A stretch of DNA of 40,301 nucleotides, from the NCBI RefSeq assembly GCF_006345805.1, contig NW_021832464.1:1-40301 (forward strand), in the 5' to 3' direction. This DNA is from Octopus sinensis. Lineage: Eukaryota. The notes below the pieces were generated by a model, which made no database searches, was not told the origin of the DNA, and worked only from the letters and a program-made list of their open reading frames with translations. Shown one piece after another: positions 23,153-33,523 of this stretch (position 1 is the first letter of the stretch; every line of letters starts with the position of its first letter). The translations under genes and the position numbers were made by a program.

Positions 23153-25932
23153 AATTATTTAATTAACACAATTCCGAATAAAATAGTATTAAAAGACCAT
23201 TCAGCCTTCGGAGTCCACTCCACGAGCTCCACTATCTTCCCGATCTATCATCCCAAGGCCCACACTTCCGTTAATTTTAAGTCGTTTCGATCCATCCAGA
23301 AAAGGAACATGGTAGGCATCCTCGACAAGTCGACGCACCGCGATCTCTCGGTCACCGATCCCGTTAGCTTCCTCGTATTTTGAGAATACCTCCTCAACCC
23401 GGGCTTCATAATCCATTTGCGTAAGACCTCTCCGAAAGTCCAGCACAATGCTCTCCATCGTACGCTTAAGCACAATTGATTGCATATAAGCAATCAGATG
23501 TTCCCTCACTCTGATCGAGTCCAAATATTTTAAAATATTTAGACACAATGCCATCCCATGTAAGGACCACAGGAATTATATTCACTTTGGCCTTGTGAAT
23601 CAGGGATAATTCATTAGCGAGTAAATCATATTTTCTTAACTTTTCAAGTTCTACTCGCTGTAAATTATCTTGAGAAGTAACTCCCACTTCCACAATCCAA
23701 ATTACGTTCTCTTTTTTATCATATACCAATAAATCAGGTTTGTTATAACGAATGGTAGAATCAGTCTCGATTCGAGTGTCCACCCGTATCTCAACTCTTT
23801 CATTCGATATAACCTCCTGCACCAAGTGTGTCTTCAACCTTTTCTGATTCTTCAATCCATAAAGACGACAAAAATGGAGATGCAAACAGCGTACAACTTC
23901 ATTATGACGTCTCGTGTAGTCAAGATACAGCATACGTTCACATCTAGTGGCCAGATGATCCACTGTTTTCTTCGCCGCTTTACAATGAGGGCATCTTGAG
24001 ACCAGTTCTTCGGTGGAAAAGAAAATATTCCGATACTGAAGAAAACATGCCAATCCTTCATTGCGCGGTGAGTTATTTCCATTTGCAAGCCATATAGATG
24101 AGGACTTGTGATCAACATTTGGAAGGTTTTGTGAATTGAATAGGATAAAGTGTAAATTTTTTCCTTTAATCTTGGTCATCAGAGAAGTTTCCTGAAGGTT
24201 TATTAGATTTCCAAGACACTGCTTCAATGGGACTCCAGAAAAATACTCTTCCCCATACTTGGACTGCAAATACTCTACAATTGTTGATGCGTCTTAGCAT
24301 AATTTTCTACTTGTAGAATTGCAGCTTTACGTGGGGAGGTGAGTCTTTTCTGTTTGAGGTCGGTCAAAAACCTCAATAAAATCTTTTCACTTTTAAAATT
24401 GACTGATTGTAGCCCCCTCCCATAAAATGTTCTTGGGAGATACAATCTGTCTAAATTCGCCGGCTTGGCGTGTATATGCAGGCTTGTTAAGAGCTGCCGT
24501 ATACTTTTATCAACTTGATCGAACATGGTCGGCTCAACATTTAGGACTCCAATATAATAATTATAAATCGATAGTGCATATTCATTAACTGTTTTGAAGA
24601 AATTTCCAGAATTTAGCTTTGTATTAGCAAGCTTCTTAATCCTTGCAATTGCTTCACTTTTCAAGACATCCATCACTTCATTACTCTTCATTTCTCTAGC
24701 TCTCAGACCCTGGGACATCGTCGTCTCAGGCCGATCATGCGGGCAGGATCGAACCTTTCAGAAGGATCTCCCTCGTTTGGATCGGCGATCACGGGAATAA
24801 CTATAATTAACTGGCTTTGCCCGTGTTTGGTCTTTAATAAATAAATAAAATAAAAAAAATTACTCTTCATTTCACTAGATTTGTTTTCAATGATTCCAAG
24901 GTAGCGATATCCTTGCAATCCATCGAATACACATGCTTCATCACCCAATGCCATCGAATTTGTTGCAGACTTTTCGAAGTTCTCCATTCCCGAGGCTTCC
25001 AAAAACTCGTTTGTATAGCTCATCATTCTTACTAACAGGTCTTCACTTTCAGCGAACATTTTAATATCATCGATGAACATAAAATGATTCGTAGAAAAAT
25101 TTTGCGTTAAGGAACTTCACTTGTTTTGACAGATATTGTGGGAAACTTAAGAGTTAAACCTCTACTCAAGGGGTCCATCACCAACACAAACAATAATGGA
25201 GACAAACTATCCCCTTGCAATATGCCTCTTCACAATTTCACTTTACGAATGGTACGAGTATTCAGCTTTAGATGCACAGTCCATCTTCCCACCAATGATT
25301 TGACAAAGTTAACAATCTACTTAGGGATTCCAGAGTTGTCCATAATTTTAAACAAAAACATATGATCCACGGAATCAAACGCCTTCCTGATGTCAATCCA
25401 TAAAGAATATAGCTTGTGGTCCATGGCGTTAAATACAGATTTATTCAACAGAGCTTGTTCCTTTGCACCCTGACAACTTCGTCTCGTACCGAGTTGGTTT
25501 TCTGATATAACATCAAATGCCTCCACGTAATCAGCCATTTTTAAATATACACATTTAGTCATCAACTTATACAGTGACGGCATGCATGTTATAGGCCTCA
25601 ACTCCTTTGGAGAAGTCGGATTCTTACACTTTGGAACCAAATAGGTTATCCCAGTATAGAACCACTCTCCAGGGTAGTAATTATTTCCAATAATCCTCAT
25701 TATTTATGCATAAATAAATTTGTGAAGACAATCAAGCTTCTTGATGAAGTAATACTCCATCACATCCACACCCAGCTGCCTTCCAATTGGGTATAAATTC
25801 AATAACATCCGTTAACAACTCCTCATTAATCTTATCGGATCATTCTCAACTCCAGTAATTCTTCGGAGAAGCGGATAATCACCGTTTAAGACATTTTTAG
25901 GTTTCCATACACTCTCCCAGAATTCAGCACAC
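23153..25932 (-). mobile_element. R4/Dong-clade non-LTR retrotransposon, 5'-truncated and frameshifted
   Basis: WKAAG.DG, LRPITCMPSLYK, QLG..QGAKEQ, WIDIRKAFDS, RG..QGDSLSP, FIDD, YRYLGI, RLYLPR..GRGL, CPHC..H..C..RHNEV, NKPD..EVG.T..EKLRKY..WDG. 12-bp TSD TAAATCTTTAAT at 23141-23152 and 25933-25944. Confidence 0.92.
24695..24858 (+). mobile_element. 5'-truncated copy of the SINE-like element
   Basis: Near-identical to 4204-4357; A-rich tail; 15-bp TSD ATTACTCTTCATTTC at 24680-24694 and 24859-24873; interrupts the R4 ORF just after the YLG motif. Confidence 0.92.
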
Positions 25933-26354
25933 TAAATCTTTAATTATTTTTAAATATTTATCAGTTGAGCCACTTTCGAAATTTTCTGACAAATAAGGAA
26001 AATGTGTGTAACCATTATTTGATATCTGCGCTTTCCATAAAATTAATTTCTTAGCGAAGGCATTGATATATCCATAAATTTGATAATTTAATGTATTTTC
26101 CCCTTGTAGTTCGACATTTAGGGCAGACAGATGCATCGATAGATCCTACTCATTTACAATAATTATCCAAAGGGATCAATGGCCCTCTATACTATAGAGC
26201 AGTGATTCTCAAGCTTTTTTGCTCAGGGGCCGCAAATTAAAAAAAAAATTTACAGGGGCCGCAAATAATTTTTAAGAATTATTTATTAACCAAATAATCA
26301 AAATTAGGTTTAATTCTACTTGTTGAAGTACGTAACAAATCACTCAGATGAGTA

Positions 26355-27310
26355 TCAGTCAATCTGCTGCGAAACTTTGTTTTTAATTCGAACGAGTTTA
26401 CTAAATGTCGATTCGCAGACATATGTTGATCCAAACATTGCTAAATTTTTCTTTGCATTATTGACTAAATTCGGAAATCGGTTCTCTAGAATTCTCGAAT
26501 AAAAGTCAATTATTGAAATGTTGTTGAACAAACTTTTCAGTTCAACATCATTTTGCAAATCAATCAATTCCAGTTGGTAAATCCCGGAAACCTCCTCACT
26601 TTTCATAATTAATACAGATGCAAATAATCTCATTGAATTTGCACCTTCTTTAAAGCTCTGTCAGCTTAAATTAAATACTAAAAACCTGAAATCTTGCATC
26701 AAATTGCAAATTTAAATCTTCAATTATTTTTAAATATTTATCAGTTGAGCCACTTTCGGAATTTTCTGACAAATAAGGAAAATGTGTGTAATCATTATTT
26801 GATATCTGCGCTTTCCATAAAATTAATTTCTTAACGAAGGCATTTATATATCCATAAATTTGATAATTTAGCTTATTTTCCCCTTGTAGTTCGACATTTA
26901 GGGCAGACAGATGCACCGATAGATCCACATAAAATGCTAAATCTGCTACCCATCTATTGTCTTTCAATAATGCATTGTCCACTTTATTTTCAGTGAATAA
27001 AATAATTTCAGGGAGAAGTTGATAAAATCTAAATATAAAAATAAAAAAAATTAACCTTTTGAGACAAGAGCTACGGCTTAACCATCTTACTACTGAGAAA
27101 AGAAGGACATCGCCATAATCCGAATCGGTTTCAGTTAAAAATGTTTTAAATTTTCGGTGATTCAAGGCGTTCGCCCGAATCCAATTGACAATTTTTATCA
27201 CTACTTCAGAAACATTTTCCATTTTAATATTTTTGGAAATTAGGTTTTCCTGATGAATAATGCAATGATGCCATAATACTGGAGTCCAGTTATTATCACA
27301 CCTCCATTTA
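26355..27310 (-). pseudogene. hAT transposase 3' half (duplicate copy)
   Basis: HCIIHQE..VVKIVNWIR..ALNHRKFK..VRWLSR..DLAF.VDL..LNVELQG..FGSTYVCESTFS; duplicates 30500-31430. Confidence 0.9.
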
Positions 27311-27311
27311 T

Positions 27312-27557
27312 TCAATAAACAACCGATCCAATTTGCTGCTCATTTTCGTTAAAAATGGGTGCATTAAAGAATGGAACTTGGTCAAATTCTGAGCAATTAA
27401 GAAGCAATAAATCGTCAAAGCTCTTTTCCTTCGCCCCCAAACATTTTAGTTCAGATGGCTGATTGTAGGAGTAAGATGCTTCTCTATAAGTACCTCGATA
27501 ATTGTTATATCGTCCACGTGAGTTATTGAATCCTCTAGTAATTCCTTTATTCATCAC
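27312..27557 (-). pseudogene. GAR1: H/ACA RNP subunit Gar1, 5' half only
   Basis: RG-containing N-terminus, then QVPFFNAPIFNENEQQIGSV matching the Gar1 core [20 protein letters not shown]. The sequence switches into hAT at 27311 and the 3' half is absent from the window. Confidence 0.8.
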
Positions 27558-27735
27558 CAGAAATAAAATAATAAAAATCGTGACACAATATTTTATGAAA
27601 TTAATTAATTTTAAAATTGAAATTATTCTTCTTATTAATAATCACGAGATGAATTCATTTAAACGTTAGAGATTTTTACAGTGAACCTATCCCTATCTGG
27701 AAATAAAATTCGAATCCAAACTAAATCAATACTAA

Positions 27736-28209
27736 ATGAATCAATTAACCAAGTGTGTGTATTACAGGATTCAAACCCTTCTGGATAAATCTTTATGTAT
27801 TGTCAGGGCTCTCAATTTGTTCCGATAAGTTAATTATGATCAATGTTAAAAAAAACCTTTATTAATAAAAAAGCCGACTTTGGGTTTGTGAAGCTTATTA
27901 TTTCCCGAGAATGAGAGAAGTTGGCGAAACAGTAAAGAATTATGATAAGATGACTCTTGAGCAAGCTCAAAGTGTGATCAGCCAGCTTACAGATCAGGAT
28001 AAAAAGGTTCTTGGAATGATTGTAAGACATGGAAACAAAGTGTCGAGTTATTCAGATAAGAACCTGATGACTCCTTATAATTTGAGTGTTTACTTTGCAC
28101 CTAATTTGTTTCACTCTGGCATGTTTGAATATATAAATAAGTCAATTTATATGCTAAGTTTGTCGCCTATTTGATTGACAATCATGAAAAGAAACTTGAG
28201 TTTTTATAA
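27736..28209 (+). CDS. RhoGAP-domain protein (5' end uncertain)
   Basis: QLTDQDKKVLGMIVRHGNKVSSYSDKNLMTPYNLSVYFAPNLF matches the RhoGAP 'N.M...NL...F.PNL' motif. A 23-nt GC-AG intron joins it to NLYAKFVAYLIDNHEKKLEFL*. Confidence 0.6.
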
Positions 28210-28865
28210 AATAGCGGGCAAGTTTTTAAGAGTAAAAGACAATAAAGTGTTCATTTTAGCTTTTTTTGTCTACAAACTCAAGAGGGTGTCCATTTTTGTA
28301 TTCGATAGGTGGATTGGCCACATTTGAGTTACTTTTGGAGGACTCACTCCCTTCGTCTTAGAATTCATCAAAAAAAGGACAAATTAACAACAAATGTGCA
28401 GAAATTCAAAGACTTGCTGACTGAAATGGACCCTCAGTCGATAAACTGTGTGCTCACCACAACCTCCTGCTTTGCTCCTCGAGTTCCTGACACGTTTTTA
28501 CTGTTTTTGATTACTGATAGAATACCAGAACTGGCCCGTCTCAATGGTTGTCAATTAAACTTTAAATTATATAAATATTATTATTAACCCCTAAGCTTGC
28601 TTAGCATAACAAACCCTGCACAAACAGTCATAGCTAACTAATTGAATGAAGAAGCCAAGGAAGAAGGAACTGTTTGTGCTGATCAACATTAGGCTCCAAA
28701 TCTTCAATACAGCTTTCCGGATTTAAAGAGAGGTAAGGAATATCTGGTTAGCCCAGTTCCCATTTGTCAGCTTCCTACCGTCGCTCACCGCACGTCATTT
28801 GTTTCCGGAAGGGTTTTACATACTGAAGATTTTTCATTGGTAAGTAATCATAGATAGATCAATGA

Positions 28866-29640
28866 TTTTTTTTTTTTTTTTTGAATAATGAAAATTAATA
28901 CAGTCAAATTAATTAATAGAGAATTAATGTCGTGAACTTGAGGGTTAGTCCGACGACGAAGCACTGCGGATAGAGAGGCAGTTCCCGCGAAGAATTGCAA
29001 CCGAGATGCGCTGGAAAAGCCAGCTCGTCTCCCTCCGGTCATTTGTATTCTGTGAGATTCTTCTCCCACAACCCGTAACAGATTTCTACCTTCTTTCCAA
29101 CCACACCGGAGGTCTCAAAGGCTAGGGGGACAAACTCAACGACGTTCGGAAGCACAGCGTACTTCGTCGGCCAGCACTCCTCCTATCGGCCAGCACTCCT
29201 CCTACAGGACAATGCGTGTAAACCGTTCGAAGGAATCAAAAAACCACAGCGACAACGGTGAGGTTGGCAGATTTCAAGTCCAAGTCGAAGACACACTCCG
29301 ATACGTATAGTTTCGTCTTCCATAAGCAGACCATTGGACGCCAACGGAAGTGCGTTTAGCCAGTCTCCTGAGTGAGGCTGACAGGCACAGTTCAAAGAAG
29401 CCAGTTCCAACTGGTCGACTCGCGTGCGAAGACTCTCCAACAGGTGTGTGCACCAGATGACATCCCAACTCTTCTGTATTGAAGGAATCTCCGGAAGGCC
29501 AAGTCCGAGCGATCTCCAGGCGAGAACAGCAACAGGGTATTCCGTAAGCTCATCAAGTTCGAGTGAGTTGATAAGAACAGAGCGAACGAAATTGCCGGAA
29601 GCAGACATCGACGAGAGATAACAAGGCAAAGCAAGATCTG
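28866..29640 (-). mobile_element. 5'-truncated CRE-clade copy with poly(A) tail and deleted RLE core
   Basis: HSGDWLNALPLASNGLLMEDETIRIGVCLRLG..HRCRCG..HALSCRRSAGR, then a 19-bp tandem duplication (29167-29204), then KYA..FVP.AFETSG..FQRISVAILRGN; poly(T) on the plus strand at about 28866-28882. Confidence 0.88.
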
Positions 29641-29738
29641 CACATATTGTTAAAAAATTTTTAATTAAATTGAATTTTTTTAAATTTGTTTGAATAAACT
29701 AACATTAAAATAATTAGGCCATTTTTTTGTGATTATAT

Positions 29739-30265
29739 ATGATAATAACAGTTTTAATTTTTATTTTGTCTAATGTGACTTGTGGTCCAGTAGCATTTGA
29801 AGAATGTGGGGGATCATCATCTATTACAAGCATTGATGTTACAGATTGTAATATGACCTCATGTTATGTATATGGAGGGGAGAATTTGGAAATAAAAATA
29901 AATCTTACCATATGTATAAATACGATTTTATTTTTAGCAAAGTCACTTAGAAAAATCAGCGCGGAGGGATTTATCGAAACACCCCGTCTTCCCATTTTTA
30001 GAGCACCCAAAGCATGTCTTTATATCTCAGAGCAGTGTCCACCTGTAGAAAACAGTCAAATCAGCTTTGACTATAGACGGAAACTTCCCAATGTACATTT
30101 GAATGTATTTTATATATATTTATCATATAGCCGATGAATCTAAAAGTTTTTGTTAAGTTTTTAGAAGACGATGAAATAATTGCCTGCGCAAAATTCAATG
30201 TACAGATTGGCTCGCGTGAAAAGAATTTTGAAAATGAAATTAATGTCAAAATTCGATTTGACTGA
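29739..30265 (+). CDS. NPC2: NPC2-like ML-domain secreted lipid-binding protein, intact
   Basis: Signal peptide, FEECGG..IDVTDC..C..G..I.I...; introns of 24 and 26 nt; ..AC..C P..F.Y..LPNV..V.VKF..I.C.. gives the six-cysteine ML pattern. Family-level call; orthology is not established. Confidence 0.85.
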
Positions 30266-30499
30266 ATTTCATTAATCTAATTAATCTCACTAATAATTCC
30301 GGTTTTGGTTTTGATTAATTTTTTTTTGTTAACAATTTATAATTTGAGGAGAACCATAAGTACAGTGCGACCCAGAATTGTGGGAATTTTTCCTTAATTT
30401 TGAGGCTTTCCCCAAAAAGAGGGTTTTCCTTAAATGTAAGTCTCTCCTGTTCGATGTCTTACCTCAATAATATAACCAAGACGGATAACTACAATTTTA

Positions 30500-32241
30500 T
30501 TTTGTTTTAATTCGGACAAGTTTAGTAAATGTCGATTCGCAGACATATGTTGATCCAAATATCGCTAAATTTTTTTTGTATTATTGGCTAGATTCGGTAA
30601 TCGGTTCTCTGGAATTCTCGTAAAAGTCAATTATTGCAATGTTGCTGAACAAACTTTTCAGTTCGACATCATTTTGAAAATCAATCAATTCCAGTTGGTA
30701 AATGCCGGAAATTCCTCACATCATAATTAATGGAGATGCAAATAATCTCATTGAATTTGCCACCTTCTTTAAAGCTCTGTCAGGTTAAATTAATACTAAA
30801 AACCTGAAATCTTGTATCAAATTGCGAACTTAAATCTTTAATTATTTTAAATATTTATCAGTTGACCCACTTTCGAAATTTTCTGACAAATAAGGAAAAT
30901 GTGTGTAACCATTATTTGATATCTGCGCTTTCCATAAAATTAATTTCTTAACGAAGGCATTTATATATCCATAAATTGATAATTTAGCTTATTTTCCCCT
31001 TGTAGTTCGACATTTAGGGCAGACAGATGCACCGATAGATCCACATAAAATGCTAAATCTGCTACCCATCTATTGTCTTTCAATAATGCATTGTCCACTT
31101 TATTTTCAGTGAATAAAATAATTTCAGGGAGAAGTTGATAAAATCTAAATATAAAAATAAAAGAAATTAACCTTTTGAGACAAGAGCTACGGCTTAACCA
31201 TCTTACTACTGAGAAAAGAAGGACATCGCCATAATCCGAATCGGTTTCAGTTAAAAATGTTTTAAATTTTCGGTGATTCAAGGCGTTCGCCCGAATCCAA
31301 TTGACAATTTTTATCACTACTTCAGAAACATTTTCCATTTTAATATTTTTGGAAATTAGGTTTTCCTGATGAATAATGCAATGATGCCATAATACTGGAG
31401 TCCAGTTATTATCACACCTCCATTTATTCATACGTCCACGAAAACCAGTTTACTGCCAATCATATAAGGGGCTCCATCAGTTGAAATTGAAACTAATTTT
31501 TTTGGATCCAGTTGATAATCTTCAATTAATTTCACAATTGGAGAAAAAATCTGTGTTCCTTTAGTTTCTCCGTGAAGTGAATTCAATGAAAAAAATTCTT
31601 CGTATACTCGAAAGTCAGATGTTACTCCCCTTATAAACACTACTAATTGTTCGATATCTGAAATATCTTTGGAACAATCAAGCGCAAAGAATAATATTGA
31701 AAATCTTTACAAATTCTAAAAATACAAAACAATTGCATACTGTAAAAGTTCGTTAATCAGATTATCAGATATATCACTGACTCTTCTAGTAACAGTATCG
31801 TTACTTAGAGGTAACTTGTGTGCAATATCGAAAACAGCGGGCGAACAACATTCCGATGCAAATATTTCGATTGCCGTTTTATATAATTCGCCATCAGAAT
31901 AAGGCTTCATATTTTTAGCCAATAGGTAACTAATTTTGTATGATGCCAGGTTAATATTAGACGAATATGTGCCACTTTTGAAAGTAAATGATCGTTTTAA
32001 ATAATCTTCTTTCATTTGTTTTAGTTTTTTCGTCCGAGAAACACCAGTGAATTTGTCATAAAGAATAGAGTGGAAACGGTAGTGCCGTTCGATTGTATAC
32101 GTTTTTAGAGTTGCAAAATAGAATGGCATATTAGGCAAAGAGCCTTTCCATTGATCTCAATAATGAAATATTTTTCTTCCCAGATGTGTTGAAAAATCCT
32201 ATTTTCCTCGGAAAGTTTTCGACACGTTTAGAATCAGACAT
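30500..32241 (-). pseudogene. hAT transposase (GTF2IRD2-like), near full length, frameshifted, 3' end truncated
   Basis: MSDSKR..NRIFQHIWEEKYF..ALCLIC..ERHY..ASYKISYLLAKNMKPYSDGE..LPLSNDTVTRR..SL.LD.SKDISD..QL..FIRG..STDGAP..HCIIHQE; introns of 25 and 27 nt; several 1-bp deletions. Confidence 0.9.
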
Positions 32242-32394
32242 CACAACAACAAATAAAAACGTGACATTTTTTTATTCATAAAATTTAAAAATATTAAATT
32301 AAAAAATAAAACATTATAAAACCTAGGGGCCGCAAATTAAATCCTAGGGGCCGACTTGAGAATCACTGCTATAGAGGAATCAAATGTAGACCTA

Positions 32395-32760
32395 CCTACT
32401 CATTCACAATAATTATCCAAGGGAACAATGGCCCACAGGACAGTTTGAATAAAGATTGTTTCAAACGAACTTTCGGTTCTCCACGAAGCAAAAGTAAATA
32501 TTATTACGTTAGTCTTGAAATGGGATGCGGTTGTCTTAAGGTTTTTTAAAAGTCACATGGATAAGTTATCCACTAAAGAAGTAACGAGGACATACATCTA
32601 GTCGGTTAAGCTAAAAAGGACGCTGGAGAGTACGCTGGTTGAATACAGACATGGAATGAAGGTAGACGACGTAGAGTAACTCCGCGGAGCTGATATGCCA
32701 CGTGGACACTCAACTGGAAAAAAACCTCGAAAAGGAAATTAAAAAGCAAAGGAAGTTTGT
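32395..32760 (+). mobile_element. R4/Dong-clade RLE C-terminal remnant
   Basis: VSNELSVLHEAKVNIITLVLKWDAVV..YI*SVKLKRTLESTLVEYRHG matches LANELSLIHKAKVNIIPVVLTWDGIV..YMQSIVLKRTMESIVLDFRRG. Confidence 0.75.
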
Positions 32761-33003
32761 GATAAACACTTCTTCCAAACTAAAAAGGCAAATCATTGAC
32801 GATTTAGACTCCTAATTAGATAATTTAGTTGATTAAAATTAAACGATTCAAATGAAATAATTTAATTTATTACGTAAGAAATATGCTTTTTTATTTCCTT
32901 GTTTATTTCCTTTTTTTTTCCTAACTAAAAACTCTCGATAACTCACAAAGCGAAACATGAAAAATGTGAAACCAATAAGGAAAAACGAAAAATGTTCACG
33001 AAT

Positions 33004-33431
33004 TTAAATAACTTTCAAGTTCATCTTAAAATATTGAGATTCAACTGAAAAACGCCTAAAATTATCGAAACAAGAATCTCCATATACAAACGCTAAGCAT
33101 TTTTTATGGCCATACACGTGTCCATCAAGTACAAAAGAACTTTCAGACTTTGTTCGCATTAGCCGGTAGCAAAAACCACATCTGTCGTCATCAAACTGTG
33201 GTTCACTAGTATCCCATGTTATTTCTTCTAGTTTTGCAAGATCCTTTAGACATTCTTTGAGAGATGGTGAAAGGTCTCGAAATTCTGGACTCTCAGGAGA
33301 GAATTCATAAAACCCGCCCTGTAATTTTGCAATTATGAGCTGGAGATCTATATTTTTGACTACTCAAAATATTATCACCAACAAAAACCTTCATCCATAT
33401 GATCTGACAACTTAGACATGTCCAGGTTCAT
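33004..33431 (-). CDS. Probable PHD-like zinc-finger protein (possibly partial)
   Basis: ATG at 33431, 41-nt GT-AG intron, then an open exon of about 115 codons: ..DDDRCGFCYRLMRTKSESSFVLDGHVYGHKKCLAFVYG.. (C-x2-C...H-x2-C, ePHD/zf-HC5HC2H-like first knuckle). Confidence 0.45.
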
Positions 33432-33523
33432 GATAACAAAAACTGAACTTGAAAATATTTTATTTATTTTTTCAAATAATATCTGGAAAATTAATATAAT
33501 AAACAAATTTTTTAAATCTAGAT

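Larger units (their letters stand above)
23033..26143 (-). mobile_element. hAT (GTF2IRD2/SPIN-type) transposase fragment split by the R4 insertion (23033-23152 and 25933-26143)
   Basis: Both pieces match 30720-31050 and join seamlessly across the TAAATCTTTAAT TSD. Confidence 0.85.
26200..32368 (-). mobile_element. Composite hAT (SPIN/Buster, GTF2IRD2-like) transposon carrying captured host genes, 6169 bp
   Basis: 14-bp TIRs CAGTGATTCTCAAG (26200-26213) / CTTGAGAATCACTG (32355-32368); 8-bp TSD CTATAGAG (26192-26199, 32369-32376); GGGGCCGCAAAT subterminal repeats at both ends; transposase pieces at about 26300-27310 and 30500-32241. Confidence 0.88.

Noticed and set aside
28250-28830. Additional cargo gene on the minus strand (ending ..DEGSESSKSNSNVANPPIEYKNGHPLEFVDKKS*)
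   Set aside because: Exon-like composition, but no consistent splice model or family could be derived.
30361-30390. Tc1/mariner-like terminus TACAGTGCGACCCAGAATTGTGGG
   Set aside because: No partner inverted repeat and no transposase in the window.
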